This document shows, piece by piece, positions 53,704 to 63,596 of a stretch of 64,000 nucleotides of DNA. Numbering within the stretch: position 1 is the stretch's first letter; every line of letters begins with the position of its first letter. Location of the stretch: NCBI GenBank assembly GCA_042408215.1, contig JAYFMW010000020.1, forward strand, positions 256,001 through 320,000. The letters run 5' to 3'. A program made the translations under genes and the position numbers. The notes below the pieces were generated by a model that had not been told where the DNA came from, made no database searches, and saw only the letters and a program-made list of their open reading frames with translations. The DNA is from Microcoleus sp. GTDB lineage: Bacteria > Cyanobacteriota > Cyanobacteriia > Cyanobacteriales > Microcoleaceae.

Positions 53704-54564
53704 GTGACAAAAACTACTAACAAAAAAGACGGTAAATCTTCAGACTATCCCTTTGACGGTTTATCTTTAGACGATCGCAATCCCGACTTCATTAAACTTA
53801 TGCTGCCGCTGTGGGAGTGGCTGTACCGCTACTATTTTCGCGTACAAAGCGACGGCTGGCAAAACGTCCCCGCCAGCGGAAAAATGCTGATTGTCGGTTC
53901 TCACAACGGAGGAATGGCGACTCCTGATATGTTTATGTTCCTATACGAATGGTTCCGCAGGTACGGCACGGAACGGTTGGCCTACGGATTGATGCACCCG
54001 ACGGTGTGGAAAGTTTCTCCTGATCTTGCTAGCATGGCAGTTCAGTGCGGTGCAGTCAAGGCGCATCCAAAAATGGCGATCGCAGCTTTGCGAAAAAATG
54101 CGCCAGTTCTCGTCTATCCAGGTGGCGCACAAGATACTTTTCGTCCCTATCACTTGCGACATAAAATTTACTTTGCTGGACGTCAGGGATTTATCAAGTT
54201 AGCGCTGCGAGAAGAAGTGCCAATTGTGCCAATTATTTCTACCGGTTCTCACGATACTTTGATGGTACTTGGAGATTTTTACGAACAAGCAAAGCAATTG
54301 CACTCCTTGGGGATGCCGTGGTTATTGGGTGTCGATCCGGTGGTATTTCCGATATATTTAGGATTACCTTGGGGTGTGGGTATTGGGCCTTTGCCGCATC
54401 TACCTTTGCCGGTGCAAATTCGGACTCGCGTGTGTGCGCCTATTGTATTTGAGAGGTACGGTGCGGAGGCTGCGCGCGATCGAGATTATGTGGATGCTTG
54501 TTTCGATCGAGTTACAACTGAAATGCAATTGGAATTAGATCGTTTAGCCTCGGAAATAGTTTGA
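53704..54564 (+). CDS. Lysophospholipid/glycerolipid acyltransferase family protein
   Basis: SHNGG, YPGG, GFIKLAL...PIVP. Likely start is GTG 53704; upstream is STRR. Confidence 0.85.
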   Translation: MTKTTNKKDGKSSDYPFDGLSLDDRNPDFIKLMLPLWEWLYRYYFRVQSDGWQNVPASGKMLIVGSHNGGMATPDMFMFLYEWFRRYGTERLAYGLMHPTVWKVSPDLASMAVQCGAVKAHPKMAIAALRKNAPVLVYPGGAQDTFRPYHLRHKIYFAGRQGFIKLALREEVPIVPIISTGSHDTLMVLGDFYEQAKQLHSLGMPWLLGVDPVVFPIYLGLPWGVGIGPLPHLPLPVQIRTRVCAPIVFERYGAEAARDRDYVDACFDRVTTEMQLELDRLASEIV

Positions 54565-54587
54565 ATCAATAAAATAAGGGCGATCGC
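54543..54587 (+). repeat. 45-bp direct repeat, left copy
   Basis: TTTAGCCTCGGAAATAGTTTGAATCAATAAAATAAGGGCGATCGC, identical at 56231-56275. Confidence 0.95.
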
Positions 54588-54602
54588 TGTTTAGGTATGA
54601 TA

Positions 54603-54919
54603 TATAGCATTTCTCAGTTGAGTGAAGTACAGATATAGAGTAGGGACACGGCTCCGTGCCCATTGGTGTGAACTTAAAACTAAAACCTTTGAGAAATCGG
54701 GGTTTTATGCCAAGTCTAGATCCCCCTAAATCCCCCTTAAGAAGGGGGACTTTGAGAAGATTCTTGTCCCCCCCTTCTTAAGGGGGGTTAGGGGGGATCG
54801 GGCTTTAATGTTCAAACAGCAGACAGGTAGTACGTTTGACGTTAAGTTGACACGAAGAAGGGCTCTTGGAGTGTCCCTACTGCCGTATCCTGTATGTCAT
54901 CCGATTGAAAACTGCTATA
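54603..54919. mobile_element. Four-layer nested MITE/REP composite
   Basis: TATAGC...GCTATA > GTAGGGACAC...GTGTCCCTAC (54640-54880) > GGTGTGAACTTAA...TTAAGTTGACAC (54661-54853) > GATCCCCC...GGGGGATC core. Confidence 0.8.
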
Positions 54920-54969
54920 ATAGAAATACCTCGACTGAAATCATCCAAAATTAACATTCTGGAAAGCCA

Positions 54970-55581
54970 ATGATTGCCGATCGCACCCACAATTATATCT
55001 CCCCGGAAGAGTATCTGAAGTTAGAAGAACTCAGTCCCCTCAAACATGAGTATATTCAGGGAGAAATCTATGCAAGGGCTGATGCAAATGATGCTCATGT
55101 GACGGTTGCGGGCAACTTATCTGCTCTTTTGAGAAATCATGTTCGGGGTAGCGGCTGTCGTGTTTATATGTCTGACATGAAAGCTAGGATTGAATCTAAG
55201 AATATTTACTACTATCCCGACGTGATGGTAACGTGCGATGAACGGGACAAGGCTTTTCAATCTTTTAAAAGATATCCTTGTTTAATTGTTGAGGTTTTAT
55301 CAAAAGGTACTGAAGGATTCGATCGGGGTGATAAGTTTGCTGACTATCAAGAATTAGAAACGCTTCAAGAGTATGTGTTAATTAGCCAAAAACGTGAGCG
55401 GGTAGAGTGTTTCCGTCGCAATGCTGAAGGGTTGTGGGTTTTGTATTCCTATACTCAAGGCAGCGAAATTCACTTGGCTAGCGTAGATTTTCGCACGGGT
55501 ATTGATGCTATTTATGAGGATGTCATTTTTACTAAGGAAGATTCAGAAGCAGATATTGATGAACTGCGATCTAGGGGATAG
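54970..55581 (+). CDS. Uma2 (DUF820) PD-(D/E)XK family endonuclease
   Basis: KHEYIQG, YYPDVMV, LIVEVLS, DRGDKF, EYVLI. Confidence 0.92.
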   Translation: MIADRTHNYISPEEYLKLEELSPLKHEYIQGEIYARADANDAHVTVAGNLSALLRNHVRGSGCRVYMSDMKARIESKNIYYYPDVMVTCDERDKAFQSFKRYPCLIVEVLSKGTEGFDRGDKFADYQELETLQEYVLISQKRERVECFRRNAEGLWVLYSYTQGSEIHLASVDFRTGIDAIYEDVIFTKEDSEADIDELRSRG

Positions 55582-55672
55582 ATTGAAAATGCGATCGCGC
55601 CTCGCTTAGGAAGGGCGCTCTTGATGTAAGGTTATGGTAAACTGAATTGCAAGTATCCTATATAATTAGTTA

Positions 55673-56035
55673 ATGAGTGGCATTAACCGTGAACTAACAC
55701 CAGATCCAAGAACCAGTTTATTTGACAAACATCTTCCAGAAACGCCACAGGTACAAAGACTGCTGAGAAAAGAAGGAAAAGCTCATGTATTTAATGACAG
55801 AGCCACAATGAATTTAGTGATACAAGCTATTATAGATAGAGGAGAGCTTACAGGGATTCAGGATGAAATCGATGACTACGATCGCTACGGGCTATACTTT
55901 GATTATCCTATAGGTTATCAAATCAGATCCGACGACAGTCACATCCCGCTGTATTACGCAGAAATTAAAATCATCAAAGGAACCGATAATTACCATGTTA
56001 TCCCCCGCACAAAACCTCGTCGAACAAATCAATGA
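55673..56035 (+). CDS. Hypothetical protein, possible Ntox50-like RNase toxin domain
   Basis: DKH near the N-terminus, PIGY, C-terminal YHVIP; motif resemblance only. Confidence 0.5.
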   Translation: MSGINRELTPDPRTSLFDKHLPETPQVQRLLRKEGKAHVFNDRATMNLVIQAIIDRGELTGIQDEIDDYDRYGLYFDYPIGYQIRSDDSHIPLYYAEIKIIKGTDNYHVIPRTKPRRTNQ

Positions 56036-56252
56036 TTGGGACTTTATCGAGTTGTGGGTAGATCCGATTGTTTTCCCGCCTCGGATTCTGATGTTAGTGG
56101 GTGACAAAAATAGTAAGTGTTGTATTTACGATCCATCGGCTAACTACAAACTGCTGTTTTTAAGTTCAAGTTACGATCAGGCTCACTCGTGGCTACTCGA
56201 AGATGAATATGAGCGAGTTGATGGTAGACTTTTAGCCTCGGAAATAGTTTGA
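55995..56252 (+). CDS. Small acidic hypothetical protein, possible immunity/antitoxin
   Basis: Overlaps the upstream ORF by 41 nt; acidic and aromatic (WLLEDEYE). Confidence 0.55.
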   Translation: MLSPAQNLVEQINDWDFIELWVDPIVFPPRILMLVGDKNSKCCIYDPSANYKLLFLSSSYDQAHSWLLEDEYERVDGRLLASEIV

Positions 56253-56275
56253 ATCAATAAAATAAGGGCGATCGC
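56231..56275 (+). repeat. 45-bp direct repeat, right copy
   Basis: Identical to 54543-54587. Confidence 0.95.
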
Positions 56276-56321
56276 GCCTTATGTCAGGAAGGGCGATCGC
56301 ACTATCCTCAAACTTCAGTCA

Positions 56322-56720
56322 TTACTTAAATCTTGGAATCCGAATCTGAAAACGCTTGTCATTATTATTTCCTGGTTGCCAGTCCTTATCATCAATAGAT
56401 GATGGCTGATTGCGAATGTTTATCACACAGTGTCGGTTATTAAGGTGTGCCCAGATATGCCAAGTATTCCTTTCAACATTTTCGTTAAAAATTCCTTCCT
56501 GCCTAAGAGCGCGAAAATTTTCTTTACAGGTGAAATCGGCTTGCTCTTGAGTCATACCGGCAAAACCATTTAAACCAGTGATGAAGACAAATTCATGTGC
56601 TTCGTAAGCTATTGCTTCATGATTGCTTTCTTTCCCTAAGTTTATATTCAAACAAATACAAACTGTTGAAAGAAATAGCATGAGTCCCAGCCATTTATTT
56701 CCCAGAGAATGTTTTGCCAT
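56322..56720 (-). CDS. Hypothetical exported protein, AT-rich
   Basis: Hydrophobic N-terminal segment after MAKH; one Cys pair in the mature part. Confidence 0.6.
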   Translation of the reverse strand: MAKHSLGNKWLGLMLFLSTVCICLNINLGKESNHEAIAYEAHEFVFITGLNGFAGMTQEQADFTCKENFRALRQEGIFNENVERNTWHIWAHLNNRHCVINIRNQPSSIDDKDWQPGNNNDKRFQIRIPRFK

Positions 56721-56932
56721 TGAACCCCCTAAAGTTACTAGCATTAATAAAATGGTTGATTTGGAAACAGAGAAGAGGTGGAAGATATTATAAATTACAC
56801 TAATGCACCTATTCTACCAAACACAATTATATCTCAACCAATATTTTTTTAAAATTTTAAAACGTCATAAAGTGTCATCAATTATTGTTGCTTTTTTAAT
56901 AAAATGTCAGATTTTGTCATCTACGTCATAAA

Positions 56933-58372
56933 ATGTCAGATATAATCCAGTCATCCCCTACCTTTACTATACCGATGGACGTTCAAGAAGTCTTGAGATT
57001 TGCCGACAACATGGTTTTCGCCAAAACGGGAGAACACTTGGACGATCTGCAAAAAGCTATCCTCCTGGGTGCATGGAAAGGTCAAAAATACTCTCAAATC
57101 GCAGAAACATCATACTGTAGCGAAGGTCATATCAGAAATATCGCATCAAAATTATGGAAGCGTTTATCAAATGTATTAGATGAAGATGTAACTCAATCGA
57201 ATTTACGCTCTGCACTTGAGAGACGACAATTATTCATCGTATCATCAAATTTTGGGAATGATTTTCTACACATTGGTAACGTCAATGTTTGTACAGATAC
57301 CCAACCTCCCGAAGTTCCAAAAGATCGATCGCCCTCAACCCCCACCTCAGACACATCCAAACCCCAAACCAGACTAGACTTAGCAGACGCACCTCATATT
57401 TCATCATTGTCCGATCGCACATCCGAACTCGCCACCCTCGAAAAATGGATCGTCCAACAAAAGTGCAACATCGCAGCAATATTAGGAATAAGCGGCCTTG
57501 GCAAAACCGCACTTTCCCTCCACCTCATCCAAAAAATTCAGCATAACTTTGAATACGTCATCTGGCGAAGTCTCCGCCACTCCCCACCCTTAGAAACCAC
57601 CCTAAAAAATCTCCTAAAATTTCTCTTAAATAAACCAGAAATCGAACTCCCTACCAGCATCCCAGAGCGAATTTCCCTGTTAATGGAATATCTGGGAAAA
57701 AACCGCTGTCTCATTATCCTCGACGACGTGCAAACCATTCTCAGCAGCGGACAACTAGCAGGAAATTACCGCCCAGAATGCGAAAATTACAGCATCCTCT
57801 TCAGACAAATCGGAGAAACAACCCACAACAGTTGCTTAATCCTCAATAGTTGGGAACCTCCCAGAGAAATTACCGCCTTAAAAGGTGAAAATTCACCAGT
57901 TCGCACCTTACAACTCAAAGGCATAAGTGCAACTGCTACCGAAATTTTCCGACAAAAAAGTTTACTCAATCCCGAAAAATGGGAAAACCTAATTAACGCC
58001 TACCGAGGTAATCCATTGTGGTTAAAAATAGTCGCCGCCACCATTCAAGAAATATTCCGAGGAAGGGTTGCAGAATTTTTGAAATATGATATGCTATTCT
58101 TAGGGGAAGAATTGGCAGCAACTTTGCACCCGCAGATAAATCGTTTGTCAGAATTAGAGAAAAAGCTAATCTCCCAGCTCAGCCGCGAAGCAAATTCAGT
58201 TTCCATAGAGCAATTGCTACAAGATGCCGATTTATCGCCCTCGGAGTTATTCGATGGGCTGCAATCTTTGGGTAGGCGATCGCTCGTGGAAACTGAGGAA
58301 CAGGAAAATGAAACTCTATTCAATCTTTGTCCTGTGGTGAGACAATATGTGATCTTAAATCCAGTGAATTAG
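56933..58372 (+). CDS. N-terminal HTH plus NB-ARC/STAND ATPase without WD40 repeats
   Basis: KYSQIAE...LWKRLS HTH; Walker A GISGLGKT; Walker B LIILDD; GNPL. Start may be 56975. Confidence 0.85.
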   Translation: MSDIIQSSPTFTIPMDVQEVLRFADNMVFAKTGEHLDDLQKAILLGAWKGQKYSQIAETSYCSEGHIRNIASKLWKRLSNVLDEDVTQSNLRSALERRQLFIVSSNFGNDFLHIGNVNVCTDTQPPEVPKDRSPSTPTSDTSKPQTRLDLADAPHISSLSDRTSELATLEKWIVQQKCNIAAILGISGLGKTALSLHLIQKIQHNFEYVIWRSLRHSPPLETTLKNLLKFLLNKPEIELPTSIPERISLLMEYLGKNRCLIILDDVQTILSSGQLAGNYRPECENYSILFRQIGETTHNSCLILNSWEPPREITALKGENSPVRTLQLKGISATATEIFRQKSLLNPEKWENLINAYRGNPLWLKIVAATIQEIFRGRVAEFLKYDMLFLGEELAATLHPQINRLSELEKKLISQLSREANSVSIEQLLQDADLSPSELFDGLQSLGRRSLVETEEQENETLFNLCPVVRQYVILNPVN

Positions 58373-58383
58373 CCACGATATCT

Positions 58384-58660
58384 GTAGGGACAGGGAAATG
58401 CCCATTGGTGACAACTTAAGACTGAAAGCCTTGGAATCTCTCGTTTTTAGCTGAGTCTAGATCCCCCTAAATCCCCCTTAAGAAGGGGGACTTTGATAAA
58501 TTTTCTTGTCCCCCCCTTAAGAAGGGGGACTTTGATAAATTTTCTTGTCCCCCCCTTCTTAAGGGGGGTTAGGGGGGATCTGGCCTTAATAGTCAAACAG
58601 CATTCTCTGACTGGGTTTGACGTTAAGTTGACACCAATGGGCATTCTCGTTTCCCTACCA
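58384..58660. mobile_element. Composite MITE of the same family as 37069 and 54661, with three inner hairpins
   Basis: CATTGGTGACAACTTAA (58403) ... TTAAGTTGACACCAATG (58639), inside GTAGGG...CCCTAC. Confidence 0.8.
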
Positions 58661-58922
58661 TTTTGAGGAGACGGCATTGCCGTTTCCCTACCATTTTGAG
58701 GAGACGGAAATGCCGTTTCCCTACCATTTTGAGGAGACGGCAATGCCGTTTCCCTACCATTTTGAGGAGACGGAAATGCCGTTTCCCTACCATTTTGAGG
58801 ACACGGCAATGCCGTTTCCCTACTATTTTGAGGAGACGGAAATGCCGTTTCCCTACCATTTTGAGGAGACGGCAATGCCGTTTCCCTACTATTTTGAGGA
58901 GACGGCATTGCCGTTTCCCTAC
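58649..58922. repeat. 33-bp tandem repeat, about 8 copies, each with a hairpin
   Basis: Unit GCCGTTTCCCTACCATTTTGAGGAGACGGCAAT. Confidence 0.92.
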
Positions 58923-58947
58923 CCGCAGCGATGATTTAATATGAAAT

Positions 58948-59523
58948 ATGAATACTTCTGAACCTTCATTAAATAAAACAGAATTAAGACGATCGCTCCT
59001 TCAAACCCGCAAATCCCTATCACCAGAAGCATGGAGAGAAAAGAGCGATCGCATCTGCAACCACCTACAAAACTCGCCGCTATTCACCCAAGCAAAAACA
59101 GTCCTATCCTACTTCAGTTGTCGCCAAGAACCTGATTTAAGTCTATTATTTACCACCCCTAAAAAATGGGGATTTCCCCGCTGTGTCGGCAAAGACCTCT
59201 CCTGGCACATCTGGCAGCCCGGAGATGCTTTACATACCGGCATCTATGGCATTCTCGAACCACTGCCTGATGCTCCTAAAATAGACCATTCAGAGGTAGA
59301 TTTAATCCTTGTACCAGCCGTAGGTTGCGATTTGCGCGGCTATCGTTTGGGTTACGGCGGCGGCTATTATGACAGAATGTTGAGTAAAGCTGAGTGGGAA
59401 TCAAAAGTTGCGATCGGCATGATCTTTGAATTTGCCTCGATCGCCCAACTCCCTGTTGACTCCTGGGATCAACCGCTGCACGGCATTTGTACAGAAAGCG
59501 GTCATCTAAAATCTACAATCTAA
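58948..59523 (+). CDS. 5-formyltetrahydrofolate cyclo-ligase
   Basis: KTELRR, GILEP, GYRLGYGGGYYDR. Confidence 0.93.
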   Translation: MNTSEPSLNKTELRRSLLQTRKSLSPEAWREKSDRICNHLQNSPLFTQAKTVLSYFSCRQEPDLSLLFTTPKKWGFPRCVGKDLSWHIWQPGDALHTGIYGILEPLPDAPKIDHSEVDLILVPAVGCDLRGYRLGYGGGYYDRMLSKAEWESKVAIGMIFEFASIAQLPVDSWDQPLHGICTESGHLKSTI

Positions 59524-59536
59524 AATCCAAAATACT

Positions 59537-60310
59537 ATGGCCGCACGCTACGTTCGAGTTCAAACAGCACAAGGACAAATCCATTACGGTTTACTGCAAC
59601 TGAGCCGCAGCGTTCAGGTACTTGATGCACCTCCCTGGTTGAAAGGACAACCCACTGACTTGGAAATCCCACCAGATACTTACCAAATTCTCGCCCCTTG
59701 CTCTCCCAGCAAAATTATAGCCGTCGGCAAAAATTACAGCGACCACGCCGCCGAAATGGGAGGTTCCGTACCTGAAGAACCGCTACTTTTTTTCAAGCCT
59801 CCCACGGCTGTGATTCCCACAGGTAGGGCGATTCGCTATCCGCATCAGTCCGAGAGAGTAGACTACGAGGGAGAATTGGCCCTGGTCATTGGCGAACATT
59901 GCAGTCAGTGCACTCCAGAACAAGCGCAGGGCAAAATTTGGGGTTATACGATCGCCAATGACATCACAGCCAGAGATTTGCAAAAGCGCGACAACCAGTG
60001 GGTGCGGGCGAAAGGTTTCGATACATTTTGTCCCCTTGGGCCTTGGATTGTCCGCGAATTGAGTCCCGCTGCACAATTGCAGACTTTTGTCAATGATAGC
60101 GATCGCCCGGTACAATCCGATCGCATCGATCGCATGGTATTTTCCCCAGATTTTCTCGTCTCTTACATCAGTCAAATCATGACTCTAATTCCCGGTGATG
60201 TAATCCTGACTGGAACCCCGCAAGGAGTAGGGCCGCTGCAAATAGGCGATCGAGTCCGCATTGAAATAGAAGGTATTGGCAGTCTTGAAAATACAGTTAT
60301 TAGTCATTAG
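59537..60310 (+). CDS. Fumarylacetoacetate hydrolase family protein
   Basis: GKNYSDH, DYEGEL, NDITARD, KGFDTF, ILTGTP. Confidence 0.93.
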   Translation: MAARYVRVQTAQGQIHYGLLQLSRSVQVLDAPPWLKGQPTDLEIPPDTYQILAPCSPSKIIAVGKNYSDHAAEMGGSVPEEPLLFFKPPTAVIPTGRAIRYPHQSERVDYEGELALVIGEHCSQCTPEQAQGKIWGYTIANDITARDLQKRDNQWVRAKGFDTFCPLGPWIVRELSPAAQLQTFVNDSDRPVQSDRIDRMVFSPDFLVSYISQIMTLIPGDVILTGTPQGVGPLQIGDRVRIEIEGIGSLENTVISH

Positions 60311-60748
60311 TCATCAGTCATTAGTCATGTTAGTCTGTTAGTTGTTAGTCATTAGTCATTAGTCATTAGTCATGTTAGTTGTTAGTCATTAGTCATCAGT
60401 CATTAGTTGTTAGTCAGCCTTCAATTATTGATTTGAATTATTAGTCAGCCGTCAATTGTGAGTCATTAGTTATTACCAACAACCTAACCAACCTACATTG
60501 GCTTCAAAGACAACTAACTAATGACTGCTAACTAATGACTGCTGACTAATGACTGCTAACTAATGACTGCTGACTAATGACTAATGACTGCTAACTAATG
60601 ACTGCTGACTAATGACTGCTAACTAATGACTGCTGACTAATGACTAATGACTGCTAACTAATGACTGCTAACTAATGACTGCTGACTAATGACTAATGAC
60701 TGCTAACTAATGACTGCTGACTAATGACTGCTGACTAATGACTAATGA

Positions 60749-61222
60749 CTACCGAACCTGCATATAAACCGCATCCGAAATCGGAGGAATCTCTGCATAA
60801 CGTCCCAATGACGATTGAACGATCGCATAAATAAATGCAGCCAAAACGCCCAAAAACACCATGTTATACAAAGTTTGTGCAATAAATGCGATTTGAAAGG
60901 CATTGCGTAAAATCGGCAAAACCAGGCCGCACAACATCAAAACAATGTCTAAAAGAATCGCCTGCATCGCATTAAAGCGAATGAAGTGACTAATGTTTTC
61001 GTTTCTAACCACCCCTAAATACAGGGCAAAGAAAATCACCAAGCTAGCGAAGGGCAAACTATAAATTTGCATCAAGGGAGCTAGGGGTATCAACAACAGT
61101 TGGAGGACAGGAAACTGTCGAAATAGAAACTGGCCAAACGCCAGCCCGTCAATTAGGGGGAGCAAATAAGGCAAACAAGCAAAAATCCGGTCTGAAACAG
61201 TTGTAGAGCCGCGCCAAGTCAT
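60749..61222 (-). CDS. Tic20/Ycf60 family protein
   Basis: DRIFACLPYLLPL, HFIRFNAMQAILLD. Confidence 0.9.
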   Translation of the reverse strand: MTWRGSTTVSDRIFACLPYLLPLIDGLAFGQFLFRQFPVLQLLLIPLAPLMQIYSLPFASLVIFFALYLGVVRNENISHFIRFNAMQAILLDIVLMLCGLVLPILRNAFQIAFIAQTLYNMVFLGVLAAFIYAIVQSSLGRYAEIPPISDAVYMQVR

Positions 61223-61282
61223 AATGAACTCTCCTGAGTCGATCGACTAACTATCAATTCCCATTAAATTCAGGATAACGCA

Positions 61283-62622
61283 TTGACACTCCTGGGCCTG
61301 AAGGCGTGAGGATTCTTAGTTCTTAGACCGGACTTAAATCAAGAACATTGCTGCACCCGATCCAGAGATCCAATCTCCCTAAGCGTTTACGATCTTTCTT
61401 GGATCGAAGTTCCGACGTGCCCCGTCGTACCTATCCCGCGATTAAGGATATTAATTGCGGCATTATGATCTCTATCCATCTCGCACCCACACTGACAAGC
61501 ATGGGTTCGAGTGGATAGAGATTTTTTAACGACTTCCCCGCAATTACTGCATTCTTGACTGGTGTATGTAGGATTTACCGCAATGGTAATCCGACCAAAC
61601 ACTTTCCCAAAGTATTCTAAGAACACTCTGAACTGATACCAAGAAGCATCGCTGATTGACTTGGCCAGACAATGATTTTTCACCAGGTTAGACACTCTCA
61701 AATCGACCTAAACTACTACGTCGTTTGACGTGATTACGCACCTTGCCAATTTGATAGCATGGTCTTTACGCTGTCTACTTATTTTGAGATGTCGCTTACC
61801 TAAAATCACTCTGGCTTTGCGGCGATTTGACCCACCCTTGACTTTCCGGCTTACAAGACGCCCGGCACGTTTTAACCGCGTTTCACCTCTACGCAGAAAT
61901 CTAGGGTTAGGAGCCGTTTCGCCATTTGAATCAGTATAAAACTCTTTCAATCCCACATCTAATCCAATTGTTTTTCCTGTCATTGGAGCGGTTTCCAGTC
62001 TATCTACAGAGATGCAAAACTGGACGTAATATCCATCTGCTCGTTTAACCAACCGTACCCGCTTAATTTGGTCTGGTTGATAGAAATTTAAGTCGCGAGT
62101 ACCTTTTAACTTCAGTCTACCAATTCCACACTTATCGGTAAAGGTGATTGATTTCCTATCTTCCGAGAGCTTCCAAGAATTAGTTTTGTACTCAACAGAA
62201 CGACAGTCTTTCTGGAATTTAGGAAACCCAACTTTTTTACCTTTGATGCCTTTTTTAACATTATCGTAAAAGCGGGAAATACTAGCCCATGCTCTTTCTG
62301 CACTAGCCTGCCTGGCCATCGCACCTAACTTATTGGCAAAGTCAAATTCAGACGCCCAAATCGCACAATACTTAGAAAGATCGAGCCAAGATTTAGCGCC
62401 ACCGTCCATCAGTCGTGCGAATCGATTTGTTGCGAATGAATTGACCAATTCTAATCGCTTCATTGACCGCCTGAAACTGACATGGTTTTGCGTAAGCCTT
62501 GAATTCGAGAACAAGCATCTTCTTTTCCTCCTGTTCCTATGATAACACATTTATCATAGGAATGCCTGACTTCCTCTAAAAATATGGAGAAAGTCCCCCT
62601 AGAAGGGAGAGGCTCTAACCCC
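61283..62622 (-). mobile_element. IS200/IS605-family element with inactivated tnpB
   Basis: Left end GGGGTTAGAGCCTCTCCCTTCTAGGGGGACTTT after AAATT. Right end AAGAATCCTCACGCCTTCAGGCCCAGGAGTGTCAA. Confidence 0.85.
61387..62518 (-). pseudogene. tnpB: tnpB pseudogene
   Basis: Starts MLVLEFK at 62518; frameshift near 62415; YEDL replaced by stop-VDL at 61710; otherwise clearly similar to TnpB at 26709-27947. Confidence 0.88.
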
Positions 62623-62718
62623 AATTTTCTGGTAGCAGGGTTTGTGTTCCGACTCGCCCGGCGGAATTTGCCCACTCAGAGCGGAGTAGATTCAGGGGGT
62701 ACTTATATCAAGTCGGGT

Positions 62719-63496
62719 GTGCGATTCGTTTAGCCTAAATGGATAGGTTCTCCTATCCAGGGACGGTTAGCCTGACTCCGCTGCGAGTTAGTGATAACTG
62801 ATTACACTTCTGGGTGAGACGTTAAGTCAAGTCCCAGTCCGCAGGTGCAGCGGTAAAAGCATATCCCCTATTTTGTTAGGTAGCAACTAACAGGATAAAG
62901 CGGGGATAAAAGGCAGAAAGACTCTTAGCCAAATGGAGTAGCTGTCGAGCCAGAACATATGCGTAGCGAAAGCAAAAATGTGTCTGAACCACCGTTATGA
63001 TAGATGGTCAAATGGCTGATAGACCAAGCCAAAAGGCAAGGATAGGGCATAAGCAATTATCGGATTGACTTATCAGCACTGCCCAAAAAACCCGGTGGAA
63101 AGCATTACGCTGTCATGTTCAACCAATGTGTAATCGGAACGAAGTAAAGCTCTCACAGCCCTTAAAAATAAGTAGGTTGCTAGCCGTAAGCTGTGAGTGT
63201 GAGGGATGGTTGCAGAAGCTAAAGCTCTGCTGTAATAGCAGAGATCTGCTGACAGCGCCCGGTGGTGTAAAAGATTGAGACTGAGTAACCCTTTAAAAGC
63301 CTAATGCCACAGAAAAATCTGATGGTGGGATGTAGGGGTAAAAGGAAAACTATCAAGCGGTATAAATCATCTCGTGATGCGATCGTACTGTATCCATAAC
63401 CAGGATTACATCACTCAGGAGCCGTGTGCGGTGAAAGTCGCAAGCACGGTTTTGTAGGAGAGATGGTGGGGGACACTCTGCCATCGACTCTCTAAC
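62719..63496 (+). ncRNA. ORF-less group II intron (IIB-like), 778 nt
   Basis: 5' GTGCGATTCGTT; domain V GAGCCGTGTGCGGTGAAAGTCGCAAGCACGGTTT (63419-63452) with AGC triad; domain VI hairpin ending CTAAC; no RT ORF. Confidence 0.88.
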
Positions 63497-63596
63497 TAAA
63501 TAGTCACCATGCCCAATTCCCAATGCCCCATGCCCCATGCCCAATGCCTCATGCCCCATGCCCCATGCCCCATGCCCCATGCCCCATGCCCGATGA

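Noticed and set aside
58447..58944. ORFs with 11-aa repeats (e.g. MPFPYHFEETE) resembling RiPP/cyanobactin precursors, or a CRISPR array
   Set aside because: They arise from a 33-bp REP-derived tandem repeat open in several frames; no leader peptide, no modifying enzymes, no unique spacers.
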